The notes under the pieces: model-generated
Databases searched by the model: none
Told to the model about the DNA's origin: nothing
Seen by the model: only the letters and a program-made list of their open reading frames with translations
DNA from: a virus
Lineage: Duplodnaviria; Heunggongvirae; Uroviricota; Caudoviricetes
IMG/VR virus record: IMGVR_UViG_2872147552_000001
Length of the DNA stretch: 64,000 nt
Reading direction: 5' to 3' (one strand)
Program-made: the position numbers and the translations under genes
Shown here: positions 46,646-56,977 of the stretch, one piece after another
Numbering within the stretch: the stretch's first letter is position 1
How the letters are laid out: every line of letters starts with the position of its first letter

Positions 46646-48961
46646 TCAGATTTTGCAGGCTCCGTCGCACTCATCTTCTGGCTCGACGGCTACAGCTTGC
46701 GTCAGTGGATTCTGCGCTTCGTCGTCATCACGCTTTCCTGCCCCATCTCTGGTGTTGTGGTAGTAAAGCGTTTTAACTCCCATCTTGTAGGCGAGAAGCA
46801 AATCTGACAGTAGCGTCATCATTGGGACTTTATCGCCTTCAAAGCGAGAAGGGTCATAGTTGGTATTGGCTGAAATAGCCTGGTCAAAGAACTTCTGGAT
46901 GATCGCCACCTTTGTCAGATAGCCGCGGTTGTCCGGCATATCCCACAGGTATTCATACTGTTCCTTCAGTTTTTCAAACTCAGGCACGACCATCTTAACG
47001 ATGCCGTCCTTAGAAGATTTCACCGACACCGGTCCACGAGGCGGTTCGATGCCGTTGGTGGAATTAGTGATCTGGCTGGAAGTCTCGCATGGCATTTGTG
47101 CCGTCAGTGTGGAGTTGCGAAGGCCGTATTTTGCAATACGTTCACGCAGTTCTTCCCACGGCATCTTTAACTCAAAGTTGGTTTCGCCGCTTTCGTCTAA
47201 TGAAGAACGGTAATGGTCGATCGGCAACTGACCAATTGCGTACTTGGTCTGCTCAAACCAGTCACACTCACCTTTTGCTTCAGCAAGTCGGCAGCTGGCA
47301 TCAAGAAGGTAATACTGGATAGCTTCGAACGTTTCATGCACCAGTTTATTGCCAGCGGTATCAGAATAACGAACGCCATTCTTTGCCAGGTAATAAGCAA
47401 AGTTGGTTACACCAATTCCCAAGCTACGACGAGCTTTGGCAGGCACTTCGGCTGCCTCCATCGGATAGTCTTGATAATCCAGTAACGAATCCAGTGCAGC
47501 AACGGCATAGAACGCCACCTCTTTAAGAGACTCCAGTGAACGGATGGCTCCGAGGTTAAAAGCGGATAAAGTGCATAGCGCGATCTCACCGTTCGGGTCG
47601 TCGGTAAATGCCAGTGGACGAGTGGGTAGAGTGATCTCCATGCACAGGTTTGACTGGCGGACAGGTGCAAGAGCAGGAATGAAAGCGCCATGCTCATTAA
47701 TATGATCGACGTTCGCAATATAAATTCGGCCCGTGGACGCTCGTTCCTGCATCAGAGATGAGAACAGCTCAATGGCAGGTACTGACTTCTTGCGAATTGA
47801 ATCATCGGCTTCGTATTTATGGTACAGCTTTTCAAACAGATCCTGGTCTGTGAAGAAGGCTTCGTACATATCAGGCACATCATGCGGGCTGAACAGAGTG
47901 ATGTTCTCGCTTCTGACGAGTCGACGGTACATTAGACGGTTACTCATGACGCCGTAATCAAGATGGCGAACGCGGTTTTCATCAATACCACGGTTATTTT
48001 TCACCACCAGCAGACTTTCAACTTCAAGATGCCAGATCGGGTAAAACGCTGTTGCTGCGCCACCACGAACACCACCTTGCGAACAAGATTTAACAGCCGT
48101 CTGGAAATGCTTCAGGAATGGAATAACTCCGGTATGGGTGGCTTCACCATTGCGGATCTCGCTGCCCAGCGCACGGATACGGCCAAAACCAATACCAATT
48201 CCAGCACGACGTGAAACGTAGTCGATAATTGCGGCTGAAGCTGCACTAATCCCTTTCAGACTATCGCCAGACTCAATCAGCACACAACTGGAGAACTGAC
48301 GGGTTGGAGTACGGACGCCAGCCATGATTGGTGTGGGCAGAGACAGTTTGAACGTACTTGTAACGTCATAGAAACCTTTGACCATCTCCATACGTGTTTT
48401 GCCCGCGCAGTCGTCTTCCCAATTCTGGAACAGACACATGCCCACCAGCATATAGATATGTTGCGGGCCTTCGTGAATCTCACCAGTAACACGGTTTTGA
48501 ACGAGGTATTTGCTTTGCAACTGCACCGTAGCTGCATAGCCAAAAAGATCGTCACGTTTAGGCTTAATGTAATTGCCGAGTTCTTCGATCTCTTCAAATG
48601 AATAATGTGTCAGCAAATCCTTGTCATAAACGCCCTTGTTAACGTTCTTGACAATGTGTTGGTAGAAGTTCGGATAGTCGTAACGACCGAAGGCATCTTT
48701 GCGGATTTTAAAAATGTTCAGGCGGGCAGCCACCTGCGAGTAATTTGGTGCATCTGGTGAGATCAAATCAGCGGCAGATTTAACCAAAGCCTCATGCAAC
48801 TGGCTGGTGGTAATCCCATCAAAAATGCTGGCCGCAGCTCCCATTGCTACAGCGGATGCGCTTACGCCACGAATGCCTTCTACGCCATACATTACGACGC
48901 GGTTGTATTTTTCTTCGGATAACGGCTCTGTTTGGCCGTTACGTTTTACGATGCTTATCAT
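46646..48961 (-). CDS. nrdA: ribonucleotide reductase class Ia alpha subunit
   Basis: 771 aa, N-terminal ATP-cone, catalytic core, C-terminal redox cysteines CDGACKI; no intein. Confidence 0.9.
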   Translation of the reverse strand: MISIVKRNGQTEPLSEEKYNRVVMYGVEGIRGVSASAVAMGAAASIFDGITTSQLHEALVKSAADLISPDAPNYSQVAARLNIFKIRKDAFGRYDYPNFYQHIVKNVNKGVYDKDLLTHYSFEEIEELGNYIKPKRDDLFGYAATVQLQSKYLVQNRVTGEIHEGPQHIYMLVGMCLFQNWEDDCAGKTRMEMVKGFYDVTSTFKLSLPTPIMAGVRTPTRQFSSCVLIESGDSLKGISAASAAIIDYVSRRAGIGIGFGRIRALGSEIRNGEATHTGVIPFLKHFQTAVKSCSQGGVRGGAATAFYPIWHLEVESLLVVKNNRGIDENRVRHLDYGVMSNRLMYRRLVRSENITLFSPHDVPDMYEAFFTDQDLFEKLYHKYEADDSIRKKSVPAIELFSSLMQERASTGRIYIANVDHINEHGAFIPALAPVRQSNLCMEITLPTRPLAFTDDPNGEIALCTLSAFNLGAIRSLESLKEVAFYAVAALDSLLDYQDYPMEAAEVPAKARRSLGIGVTNFAYYLAKNGVRYSDTAGNKLVHETFEAIQYYLLDASCRLAEAKGECDWFEQTKYAIGQLPIDHYRSSLDESGETNFELKMPWEELRERIAKYGLRNSTLTAQMPCETSSQITNSTNGIEPPRGPVSVKSSKDGIVKMVVPEFEKLKEQYEYLWDMPDNRGYLTKVAIIQKFFDQAISANTNYDPSRFEGDKVPMMTLLSDLLLAYKMGVKTLYYHNTRDGAGKRDDDEAQNPLTQAVAVEPEDECDGACKI

Positions 48962-49034
48962 GTATCACCAAATAAAGAGGGCCACTATATTTAGTGGCCC
49001 ATGTTAATAGATAAGCACTTACCTATCAATGAGA

Positions 49035-49604
49035 TCAAATGAGAGACTTGAGAACATCGCGCACCTGGCGAAACTGATCTGTTTGCATACCGGTATGGAT
49101 GGCAGCCACCGCATCAGCCAAATGTTCGTTTTTGTTCACGAGAACATCCTGTCCAGATTGCTTACGACGCAGCCACGGTGCTTTAGGGTGTTTTTTCGTA
49201 GCCCACTGGATAATCTCTTCTTTCGATGTAGTAAGTTTATTGCCGACAAAATGTTTAATTTCGTTTGGAGTAACCTGGATCAATGGCTTATCTACGCACG
49301 CAAGTACACCGATGCAAATACCGTAAGACGTCTGCGAACGAGAGTTTTGGCTCCCAACCGGTAGCTCACAAAAAACCATATTTGCCTTATCAATGATTGG
49401 CTTCGCAACACGCCATATTTCACTGGCACGGCGCAGATCGTCACTGTTCACACGAACGGTCTTTTTGTTACTCCCCGCTTTAGTCTCAACAAGAGTAAGG
49501 CCGTGAATCTCAAGTTCGTCCGTTTCAAGGTCTAAAGTGCCCACAGCAAGCCCAAAGTTGCTCATAGAGGGATCAACACCAACTACGCTGATTTTTTTAC
49601 TCAT
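49035..49604 (-). CDS. RuvC-like Holliday junction resolvase
   Basis: N-terminal VGVDPSMSNFGLAV matches the RuvC/RNase H-fold first catalytic Asp motif; 189 aa. Confidence 0.55.
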   Translation of the reverse strand: MSKKISVVGVDPSMSNFGLAVGTLDLETDELEIHGLTLVETKAGSNKKTVRVNSDDLRRASEIWRVAKPIIDKANMVFCELPVGSQNSRSQTSYGICIGVLACVDKPLIQVTPNEIKHFVGNKLTTSKEEIIQWATKKHPKAPWLRRKQSGQDVLVNKNEHLADAVAAIHTGMQTDQFRQVRDVLKSLI

Positions 49605-49613
49605 ATAGTCTCC

Positions 49614-50357
49614 TTACCATGTTCCCCATATAGGGTTTTCCAATAATCTCGCCTCCAACGAATTGGCTACTATTGCCGTTTGCAACGTTGGTTGGGGATA
49701 GTTTGCAAAGTCTGAATACTCATTTTCCTGCGTGACACGTTTATCTGCGGCATGTTTAACACCACTTGCTATGAAATGACGCATGATGCCCAATAGCCTC
49801 CGACTGTCTGCACTATCGTTTGCTAAAACATGAGGGAGCTGAAGTTCGATTTCTACCATTTCTCCATACTTACCAACAAACTGTAGTTTGTCCGCACTGT
49901 ACTTTTTATCCCTCCTTTGGATAAGGAAACCAGTAAAAGCATCACCTGGCGATGCCAAACTATCCACCCGCTTATTGGCAAGTCGAATAAGGTTCGTGAA
50001 AGCCATACAGTGATGCGCACCCATTCCCCCAAAGAACCCTTCGCTATTAATGTTAAGATCTTCAGTTTCATGGGATGCAATAAACCCAGGCCCGACGTTG
50101 GGAAGATATCCCCCCTCAACAAAAGGATTAATCAGGATCGGCGCAATACATCCAGGTGGTAGTGATTTCAAACTTTGCATCAATGGCGTCTCGGATATTA
50201 GACCAAGCAACGCGGCGAATTGTACTCCGTCAATATTGTTGCTGCCCCACAGAATACGTGGAGCCGCACCATTGGAGGTATGCCCATTGATCAGTTTTAT
50301 CGACTGCATCACTGCAAATACCTGCAAAAACTGTGAGCGGCTTAATTTAAACGACAT
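49614..50357 (-). CDS. hypothetical protein
   Basis: 247-aa ORF coupled to the SbcC-like gene. Confidence 0.35.
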   Translation of the reverse strand: MSFKLSRSQFLQVFAVMQSIKLINGHTSNGAAPRILWGSNNIDGVQFAALLGLISETPLMQSLKSLPPGCIAPILINPFVEGGYLPNVGPGFIASHETEDLNINSEGFFGGMGAHHCMAFTNLIRLANKRVDSLASPGDAFTGFLIQRRDKKYSADKLQFVGKYGEMVEIELQLPHVLANDSADSRRLLGIMRHFIASGVKHAADKRVTQENEYSDFANYPQPTLQTAIVANSLEARLLENPIWGTW

Positions 50358-52263
50358 AGCTGCGCCCCTCTTTAACTTCCAGCGTAATAGTTTCCCGGAA
50401 CCACGACTTCATCTCTTTATGGGAGATAATCAGCACAGTACCTCGCTCGCGAGCTTTGGACTCCAGAATACCCATGAGGCGTTCAAGACCGGCTGTATCG
50501 AGTGCATCGTCAATTTCGTCGCCGATAAACAAATCGATGTTTTTACTCGCCCGGTTACTAACCAGATCCTGCAATGCCAAAGAACACGCAATGCGAACCT
50601 TCCGCTTCTCACCACCAGAGAGGGTTTGGAACGACTTACTTGAACCTTTCTTCTGCACACTAATGTTGAATTTGTCGCGATACTCACCTTTTTTAGTGAC
50701 ATCCATCGTCGACCACTCAGCAGTAATATTCCCGTCAGACAACGTATTGAGATACTCGGCAGTGCGTGTATTCAGGAAAGGCGTAACAGACGTCAAAATA
50801 TGAGAACGCACCCCGGCAGGAGAGTAGACCTGACGAGCTTTTTCCAATAGCAACGTTTGTTCCTGAATAGCCTTCAACTCATCTTTTAAGGACTTGAAGG
50901 TAGACTTACTGGATACCAGGTTATCTTCGTGTCTGGCGATAAGAGCAATAAACGGATTAATCTCTTTTGATATACGATCGACCTCAGTACGAGCACGAGT
51001 CACAAGAGACTCAATAGCAACAACCTCCTTCTCACGATGACGCAAAGATGAGAGTTGTTTCGTAAGCTCTTCAATCCGGGCAATGATAGCCGTTACATCA
51101 GGTGTCGTTTTAACAAGGGCAGACTCAATGCTTAACGCTTTCTCAAGATTCGTTTTGTGTTTAGCCATTGCCTCTGCAAGTGTCTTCGCCTGACCAATTT
51201 CCTGACGTGCTTGTTCAATGAAACTCTCCTTCACCGTTGATAGATCTTCTTCGCAGTAGGCTTTGCCACAAGTAGGGCATGGTGATCCCACTTTAGTACC
51301 AACCTCTTCTGCTTTGGTCTTAAAATTACGCGCGCGGTTCATTGCATCAGCCTGACTATTTTCTGTAGCTTTGATGCTTGCCCGAATATCAGTTATCGCA
51401 CCACGAACTTTGAGCAACTTGGCGTCATGTTCTTCTTTTGAGGCTAACTTTTTGCGCTCACTTTCGATTGCCTTCTCGGTATCACGTATCTGTTCGGGAA
51501 GAGTGCGGATCTCAAGTTCAACTTCCGTTAACTCAACTTCGGCACTGGCCAGCCCAGCCAGGGCATCGTCATAACGTTTAGAACGCTCTTGCTCCCATGA
51601 TTCAGAGGAGGCTTTCGCTGACTCAATTTCTGACTGTGTTGCCTCAATGGTCGAGATTGTCGACTCCAATTTGGTTTTAACCACATCCATACGTGCGGCA
51701 GCTGCATTAGCTCGCTCACGAGCAATAGCGTAGGCGCGTGTCAGTCTGTCAACGCCAGCGGCTTCTTCTACGATGGTTTTGAGGTTTTTGTCGGACATTC
51801 CAGGTAAATCTGGCATAGCTTCTTGGCTCGCATAGATGGAAGCCATGAAAACCTCTTTAGATGCACCGATCAGACGCTCGACGAACTCCTGCGTCAGCGC
51901 ATCTTTGCCTTTCGTCATATCGCCATCTTCACCACGAACGATAAGACGATTTTTGAACTCTTTGTGTTTACGGTGACGAATGATTGCGTATCTCTTGCCT
52001 TCATCCTCGATGGTTACTGCAACACGACAGTTCTTTTCATGGTCGGTAGACAACACATCGTCACCCTTCACACCATGAGCTGTTTCGCCATAAAGACACC
52101 ACATCAGACTATTCATTAGAGTTGACTTTCCAGAGCCATTACTTGATGCGGAACTATCATCACTATTAACACCCTGAATAAGCACTAAACCACGCTGATC
52201 TAACTCGACCTCCGCGCTGGCGATAGCCATAAAATTCTCAACCTGGAGCTTTAAAAACTTCAT
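50347..52263 (-). CDS. SbcC/Rad50-like recombination ATPase (T4 gp46-type)
   Basis: Walker A GVNSDDSSASSNGSGKST, long coiled-coil with central CPTC zinc-hook, signature LSGGEKRKV, Walker B LFIGDEIDDALD. Confidence 0.8.
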   Translation of the reverse strand: MKFLKLQVENFMAIASAEVELDQRGLVLIQGVNSDDSSASSNGSGKSTLMNSLMWCLYGETAHGVKGDDVLSTDHEKNCRVAVTIEDEGKRYAIIRHRKHKEFKNRLIVRGEDGDMTKGKDALTQEFVERLIGASKEVFMASIYASQEAMPDLPGMSDKNLKTIVEEAAGVDRLTRAYAIARERANAAAARMDVVKTKLESTISTIEATQSEIESAKASSESWEQERSKRYDDALAGLASAEVELTEVELEIRTLPEQIRDTEKAIESERKKLASKEEHDAKLLKVRGAITDIRASIKATENSQADAMNRARNFKTKAEEVGTKVGSPCPTCGKAYCEEDLSTVKESFIEQARQEIGQAKTLAEAMAKHKTNLEKALSIESALVKTTPDVTAIIARIEELTKQLSSLRHREKEVVAIESLVTRARTEVDRISKEINPFIALIARHEDNLVSSKSTFKSLKDELKAIQEQTLLLEKARQVYSPAGVRSHILTSVTPFLNTRTAEYLNTLSDGNITAEWSTMDVTKKGEYRDKFNISVQKKGSSKSFQTLSGGEKRKVRIACSLALQDLVSNRASKNIDLFIGDEIDDALDTAGLERLMGILESKARERGTVLIISHKEMKSWFRETITLEVKEGRSYVV

Positions 52264-52492
52264 ATAACACCTCTGATACCGCGTGTTAGCTTTTGGCCTT
52301 CTTTCAATCTGAACTCCGTATGCGCCGGGAAGGATCTGCGCCTCAATACGCCTTTTCTTGTTAACCTTCCAAGATAAAACGCTACGGGATTTCCTTGTGG
52401 CGGGTAGGGCTTGTGAAACATCACCGTCTGGCCTCGTTCAAGTCTTTTCATCGTGATGGCAAAGTCTCGAAAGCTCCCATAACGACTTTGCT

Positions 52493-53578
52493 TCACACAG
52501 CCTCCGAACTCTCCGCTTCGGTGAGGATTTCCTGACACAAAATATCCAATTTGCTCAGATCAAATCCGCCGTCAGTATCGTGGACAATCTTGCAATAAGC
52601 AGATACCGACTCTCCCAGGCTATCGATTTTGCTGGTTTCAGTTGTGCTGGCTGTACCTTCCATCATTGATGACTTACGGATGAAGTTGCACACGACACCT
52701 TTTGCACCCATTGTTTTGAGGATGTTCTGGTACTTAATGCCTTCTTCATCGTTCTCAATTACGGCGCGGAAACGCACGTAGTTGCCGCGAATTTGGTCAT
52801 CAGCAACATCATCTTCCAGGTTAATGAATTTAGGCGCACTGGTTTCGTAGTGACTGAAACTGCCGTCCGGGTTTACGATCATGTAGCCAGCCAGAGATCC
52901 AACATCTCCCCAATTTTGATGAGTCAGTGCACCGACACTGATAACTCCAGGAATGACCTCTTTGTGGTTGTGGTAATGCCCACTAAGCACGAGACGAAAG
53001 CCGATATCCTTTAACTCCTGCGCATCGATACCGACGTCAGGCATTGTTGGAATGGCTTTGTTAATGGATGTATGGATAACAACGTCATGATTATCACCTT
53101 CTACGCTCTTACGTAATGCTTTCAGATCGCTGATAAGCTCCGCATGATTGTTACGCCAGCTAATCAGGTGGACAGTCACATCACCAATTTTTATTGAGTG
53201 TGGGCGCTTGCCACATACGATTACCACGCCGATAGAACTCAGCGATGCTGCTGCGTTGGCGCTATATACTGAATCGTTGGTTTCAAGATCGTGATTACCG
53301 GCCAGCATTACTACTGTCAGATCAAGCTCGTTGATAATCCACTTGTACGTTTCAGTTACGTAATGCAAAACAGAAGGGGACACAGTTCCTCGGACGTGAA
53401 ATGTATCACCGGCAACCAACATGTACTTACAACCGGCCTTCTTCATGGCGATGGCTGCTTCTTTCGTTGCTTCCAACTGTATTTCAAGTCTGGAGTTAAG
53501 CCCCTCAGCGTTCGTCGTGGAGAACGCATCCCATTTGTGGTAGTGGCAGTCAGAAATGACGCCGTATGGCAAAGTCAT
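52493..53578 (-). CDS. SbcD/Mre11-like nuclease (T4 gp47-type)
   Basis: Calcineurin-like phosphoesterase motifs (DCHYH, GDTFH, GNHD, GHYH). Confidence 0.8.
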   Translation of the reverse strand: MTLPYGVISDCHYHKWDAFSTTNAEGLNSRLEIQLEATKEAAIAMKKAGCKYMLVAGDTFHVRGTVSPSVLHYVTETYKWIINELDLTVVMLAGNHDLETNDSVYSANAAASLSSIGVVIVCGKRPHSIKIGDVTVHLISWRNNHAELISDLKALRKSVEGDNHDVVIHTSINKAIPTMPDVGIDAQELKDIGFRLVLSGHYHNHKEVIPGVISVGALTHQNWGDVGSLAGYMIVNPDGSFSHYETSAPKFINLEDDVADDQIRGNYVRFRAVIENDEEGIKYQNILKTMGAKGVVCNFIRKSSMMEGTASTTETSKIDSLGESVSAYCKIVHDTDGGFDLSKLDILCQEILTEAESSEAV

Positions 53579-53832
53579 GTGTTTTTCCTTTGTGGTTATT
53601 TTGATACAAATTCTAAGAGCAATGAGGAGGTAAACAACTATGCATAACGGTATGTTAGGAATGAAACTAGCGCCTTAATATACAAAATTTATAAGTAAGT
53701 ATATACCTATTTATCGTGGCGCAACTTTGCTTGTCTGTATGACTAAAAATAAGACAGGATCACTGTAGAACGCTATGAGAGCTATTTTGAGGGGGCGTAG
53801 ATTCTATCTACGCCAATATACGATCTGGAGGG

Positions 53833-54477
53833 TTACAGCGCGTCAGTTGGCTTTTTACGCGCTGCATTTATGCTTATGACGCCAGCTTTAGGACGTGGAT
53901 CGACAAGGTTCAGTTCTTCTTCGCTATGGTATTCAAGGTCGAACTCACGTTTTACATGTCTGATGTAGATTGCAGTGAGCAGGCTATCTTTGGTCAGGAA
54001 GTGTCCGTAGGATTTGCGGATCACTTCTTCAACCTTCTCGATTTTCTCACCACCCATGCAGAGGTGATTAAACCGGCTGTGTTTCCGCAACATCTCGTCA
54101 ACTGGGCCTGAGTAAACCTTGTCTACTTTCCCAAAACGAATGATTTTTCCTGTATCTGCGGATACAAGGCAAATCAGTTTGTCTGGTGATAAACGATCTC
54201 GCCACGTTACTCCTGAACGGAGTGTGTTGAAGTAGGGCGCATCCAATCCGATGATCGGTTTACGAAATGCGAGCAATGGAACGTACCTGATACAACTATT
54301 CAAATGAAAGTTCACACCAGCCTTATCAAGTTTAATTCTGGTTTCGTAGATCGGGCACTTCGCCGCTATACCGCAGATATCACAAAGTAACTTCTGCTTA
54401 TTCAGGTTGGAATTTGATTCGATAGTGTAGGAGCCGTCCTCAAGACGACGAACCCAGCGCGTGCGTTTTAGATCCAT
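53833..54477 (-). CDS. hypothetical protein
   Basis: 214-aa ORF abutting the iteron/origin region. Confidence 0.35.
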   Translation of the reverse strand: MDLKRTRWVRRLEDGSYTIESNSNLNKQKLLCDICGIAAKCPIYETRIKLDKAGVNFHLNSCIRYVPLLAFRKPIIGLDAPYFNTLRSGVTWRDRLSPDKLICLVSADTGKIIRFGKVDKVYSGPVDEMLRKHSRFNHLCMGGEKIEKVEEVIRKSYGHFLTKDSLLTAIYIRHVKREFDLEYHSEEELNLVDPRPKAGVISINAARKKPTDAL

Positions 54478-54676
54478 AATCGTTTTTTCAGTAGTTATTG
54501 GCCGATGCTACGATAACTCATTAGGCATACCTTAATCTGCATTTGCCTGTTTTACTTATCCCAGTTATCCACTGGATAGATCCAAATAAGAGATCCCAAG
54601 TAAGATCAAATAGAAGATCCAAAGAGATCCCAGATCGCCTCTAGCCGTTGCGGTTACTGGTCTGAAAGGGTGTTGC

Positions 54677-54779
54677 CATCCACTATGGAGAGCAAAGAAA
54701 CCTCTGTAGAGAGCTGAATAACCGCTATGAAGAGTAAAACAACCACTCTGGAGAGCTGTATATATCCACTGTAGAGAGT
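54677..54779 (+). repeat. iteron array 1 (5 direct repeats, consensus A-A/T-CCACT-A/G-T-A/G-GAGAG-C/T, about 21-22 bp spacing)
   Basis: ATCCACTATGGAGAGC, ACCTCTGTAGAGAGC, AACCGCTATGAAGAGT, AACCACTCTGGAGAGC, ATCCACTGTAGAGAGT. Confidence 0.7.
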
Positions 54780-54890
54780 AGAGCACATTGTCTTTTATGG
54801 ATAACTTAATGACTTAATTCTTCATTAACATACTGATATACATAGATATATTTTAAACTCTACTCTTAGTCATGATTCTTATGTCCTTAA

Positions 54891-54946
54891 ATATCCACAG
54901 AAGAGTAGAGTTACCTGTTCTTGAAATCCTCTGATTTTTATCCACA
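54891..54946 (+). promoter_or_regulatory. DnaA boxes (ATATCCACA 8/9 at 54891-54899; TTATCCACA 9/9 at 54938-54946) in an AT-rich spacer
   Basis: Perfect match to the TTATCCACA consensus, located between iteron arrays 1 and 2 next to a 110-bp AT-rich stretch. Confidence 0.6.
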
Positions 54947-55057
54947 GGCCCGATCCAGTAATTCAGATCACAAAGAGAACCAAAGAGACCCATAAAGACC
55001 CAATAAGATCCCCGCCCACCTCAAACCGTTGTGCCATCTGCCTTCAGACATGATCGA

Positions 55058-55180
55058 TATCCACTATAGAGAGCGAATAATCCACTATAGGGAGCAAAGC
55101 AACCACTATAGAGAGGAGAAAAACCACTATAGACGGTAGGATAACCGCTGTGATGAGTGCTACTATCCACTGTAATCAGC
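55058..55180 (+). repeat. iteron array 2 (6 direct repeats)
   Basis: ATCCACTATAGAGAGC, ATCCACTATAGGGAGC, AACCACTATAGAGAGG, AACCACTATAGACGGT, AACCGCTGTGATGAGT, ATCCACTGTAATCAGC immediately upstream of the rep gene. Confidence 0.7.
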
Positions 55181-55220
55181 AAAGGCCACCAAAGCCGTCG
55201 AATAACAAGAGACATTTGGA

Positions 55221-56276
55221 ATGAGCGAAAACGGCAATAAAAACATAGCGATCGTTGAAGCATTTTCAGAAACAGATAAAAAGACAGGCGAAGTTGTTAC
55301 GTTGGTTCCTAACACTAATAACACTGTTCAGCCTGTTGCTTTGATGCGTCTGGGCCTCTTCGTTCCGACGCTGAAATCGACATCCAGAGGAAGAAAGGGG
55401 CAAATGGTCTCTATGGATGCCTCTGCTGAACTCAAACAGCTGTCTCTGGCAAAAGCCGAAGGGTACGAAGACATAAGGATCTCTGGCCTTCGGCTTGATA
55501 TGGATAACGACTTTAAAACGTGGGTGGGAATAATCCACGCGTTTGCCAAACACAAGGTCGTTGGCGATACTGTCACGTTGCCGTTCGTTGAGTTTGTAAG
55601 GCTGTGTGGCATTCCGACCGCCAGGTCATCAGCGAAGTTACGCAAACGCCTGGACAGTTCGCTAAGCCGTATTGCCACAAATACCATCTCGTTCCGTAGT
55701 AAAGGCTCTGATGAGTTTTACGTAACGCATCTTGTGCAAACGGCAAAATATAGTGTCAAGCACGATACGGTCGAACTGAAAGCAGATCCCAAGATTTTCG
55801 AACTCTACCAGTTCGACAAAAAGGTTCTTCTGCAACTCCGGGCTATAAACGAACTCTCAAGAAAAGAATCCGCTCAGGCGCTTTATACTTTTATTGAAAG
55901 TTTGCCGCCTGATCCGGCACCAATATCACTAGCCCGTTTACGCGCCAGACTTAATCTGACAAGTCGCACTATTACTCAGAATGCGACGGTAAGAAAGGCT
56001 ATGGAACAGCTGCGAGAGATAGGATATCTCGATTACACGGAAGTTAAGCGCGGAAACTCGGTCTACTTCGTCATCCACTATAGGCGGCCAAAGTTACGCC
56101 AGGCACAAATATCAACAAAAATCGATAATGATGAGACGGAATATAGCCTCCCAGATGAGAATCAAGATGACATTATCGACGTTGTGCCTGACGAAAAAGA
56201 AGGCAAAATGGTCATGTTGAGTAAAGAAGAACTGGCGCTTCTCGAAGAGTTGCGCAAGGCAAAGACTCGCAAATAG
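55221..56276 (+). CDS. replication initiator protein (iteron-binding Rep candidate)
   Basis: 351-aa plus-strand ORF flanked on both sides by iteron arrays, DnaA boxes and an AT-rich region; assignment by context. Confidence 0.55.
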   Translation: MSENGNKNIAIVEAFSETDKKTGEVVTLVPNTNNTVQPVALMRLGLFVPTLKSTSRGRKGQMVSMDASAELKQLSLAKAEGYEDIRISGLRLDMDNDFKTWVGIIHAFAKHKVVGDTVTLPFVEFVRLCGIPTARSSAKLRKRLDSSLSRIATNTISFRSKGSDEFYVTHLVQTAKYSVKHDTVELKADPKIFELYQFDKKVLLQLRAINELSRKESAQALYTFIESLPPDPAPISLARLRARLNLTSRTITQNATVRKAMEQLREIGYLDYTEVKRGNSVYFVIHYRRPKLRQAQISTKIDNDETEYSLPDENQDDIIDVVPDEKEGKMVMLSKEELALLEELRKAKTRK

Positions 56277-56278
56277 CC

Positions 56279-56395
56279 CAACCACTGTAGTTAGTAGTAA
56301 GGCTCACTATCCACTGTAGTGAGCCTTACTTATATCTGTAATTCGCTATCCACTATAGTGAGTATCGTTATCTGTTGATAACCACTGTAGGCAGT
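56279..56395 (+). repeat. iteron array 3 (4 direct repeats downstream of rep)
   Basis: AACCACTGTAGTTAGT, ATCCACTGTAGTGAGC, ATCCACTATAGTGAGT, AACCACTGTAGGCAGT. Confidence 0.65.
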
Positions 56396-56494
56396 AGAAT
56401 GCAAATACTGAATTAAATGTTAGTGATCACTAACACTGATGAAACAAGGGCTGCGAGGTTAGTGGTCACTGGGTATCTTGGAAAATTTACTGTC

Positions 56495-56760
56495 TATAGT
56501 GGTTGTTGTCGCCCTCATCTTTGAGCGTATCCACTGTGGCGAGTGGATATCCACTGAAAACAGCAAAGGCTTACTCACCATAGTGTATACCCGCTGGACA
56601 TCTCACTCCAATACTCACCATAGTGGTTGTTTGATGCGAATGAAAGGCTGTCTACTCGCTACAGTGGTTAGCAGATATGTAGGAAGAGAGGACTGCAGAC
56701 CACAGTGGATAATGAGCTGATACGAATGCGGTGAGCTGGCTACTCACCGCAGTGGTTGGT
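56495..56760 (-). repeat. iteron array 4 (about 6 copies, mostly inverted orientation)
   Basis: CTATAGTGGTTG, CACCATAGTG, CACCATAGTGGTTG, CTACAGTGGTT, CCACAGTGGATAAT, CACCGCAGTGGTTGG are reverse complements of the iteron core. Confidence 0.55.
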
Positions 56761-56764
56761 GCTA

Positions 56765-56977
56765 TTAGTGTATTTTCTTCAACAGACCCCAAAGTGTTCC
56801 GGCTTTTGTAGTCAGTTTTCCTGTTTCTGGATCGTACATACGCCATTCACGCCGCTGGTGGACGATATACCCATCTTCACGTTCCAGACGCTCAAGAATG
56901 CCAGGCTGCTTGAAACCCTTAGCGCGCCAGTATCCGCTTGTTTTCTCGATTTCCAGACCTGCCAGTGTTAATGCCAT
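56765..56977 (-). CDS. hypothetical small protein
   Basis: 70-aa ORF. Confidence 0.3.
   Translation of the reverse strand: MALTLAGLEIEKTSGYWRAKGFKQPGILERLEREDGYIVHQRREWRMYDPETGKLTTKAGTLWGLLKKIH

Noticed and set aside
55058-55180. Iterons resemble the core of T7/SP6-type single-subunit RNA polymerase promoters (CACTATAGGGAG)
   Set aside because: The upstream -17 to -9 recognition region is not conserved, the copies are tandem at 21-22 bp spacing in both orientations around a rep gene with DnaA boxes, and no phage RNA polymerase gene is present in the window. Iterons are the better explanation, though a dual role cannot be excluded.
54677-56760. Possible CRISPR array (short repeats with short spacers)
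   Set aside because: The repeats are degenerate, only 16 bp with 5-6 bp spacers, occur in both orientations and there are no cas genes; this is inconsistent with CRISPR.
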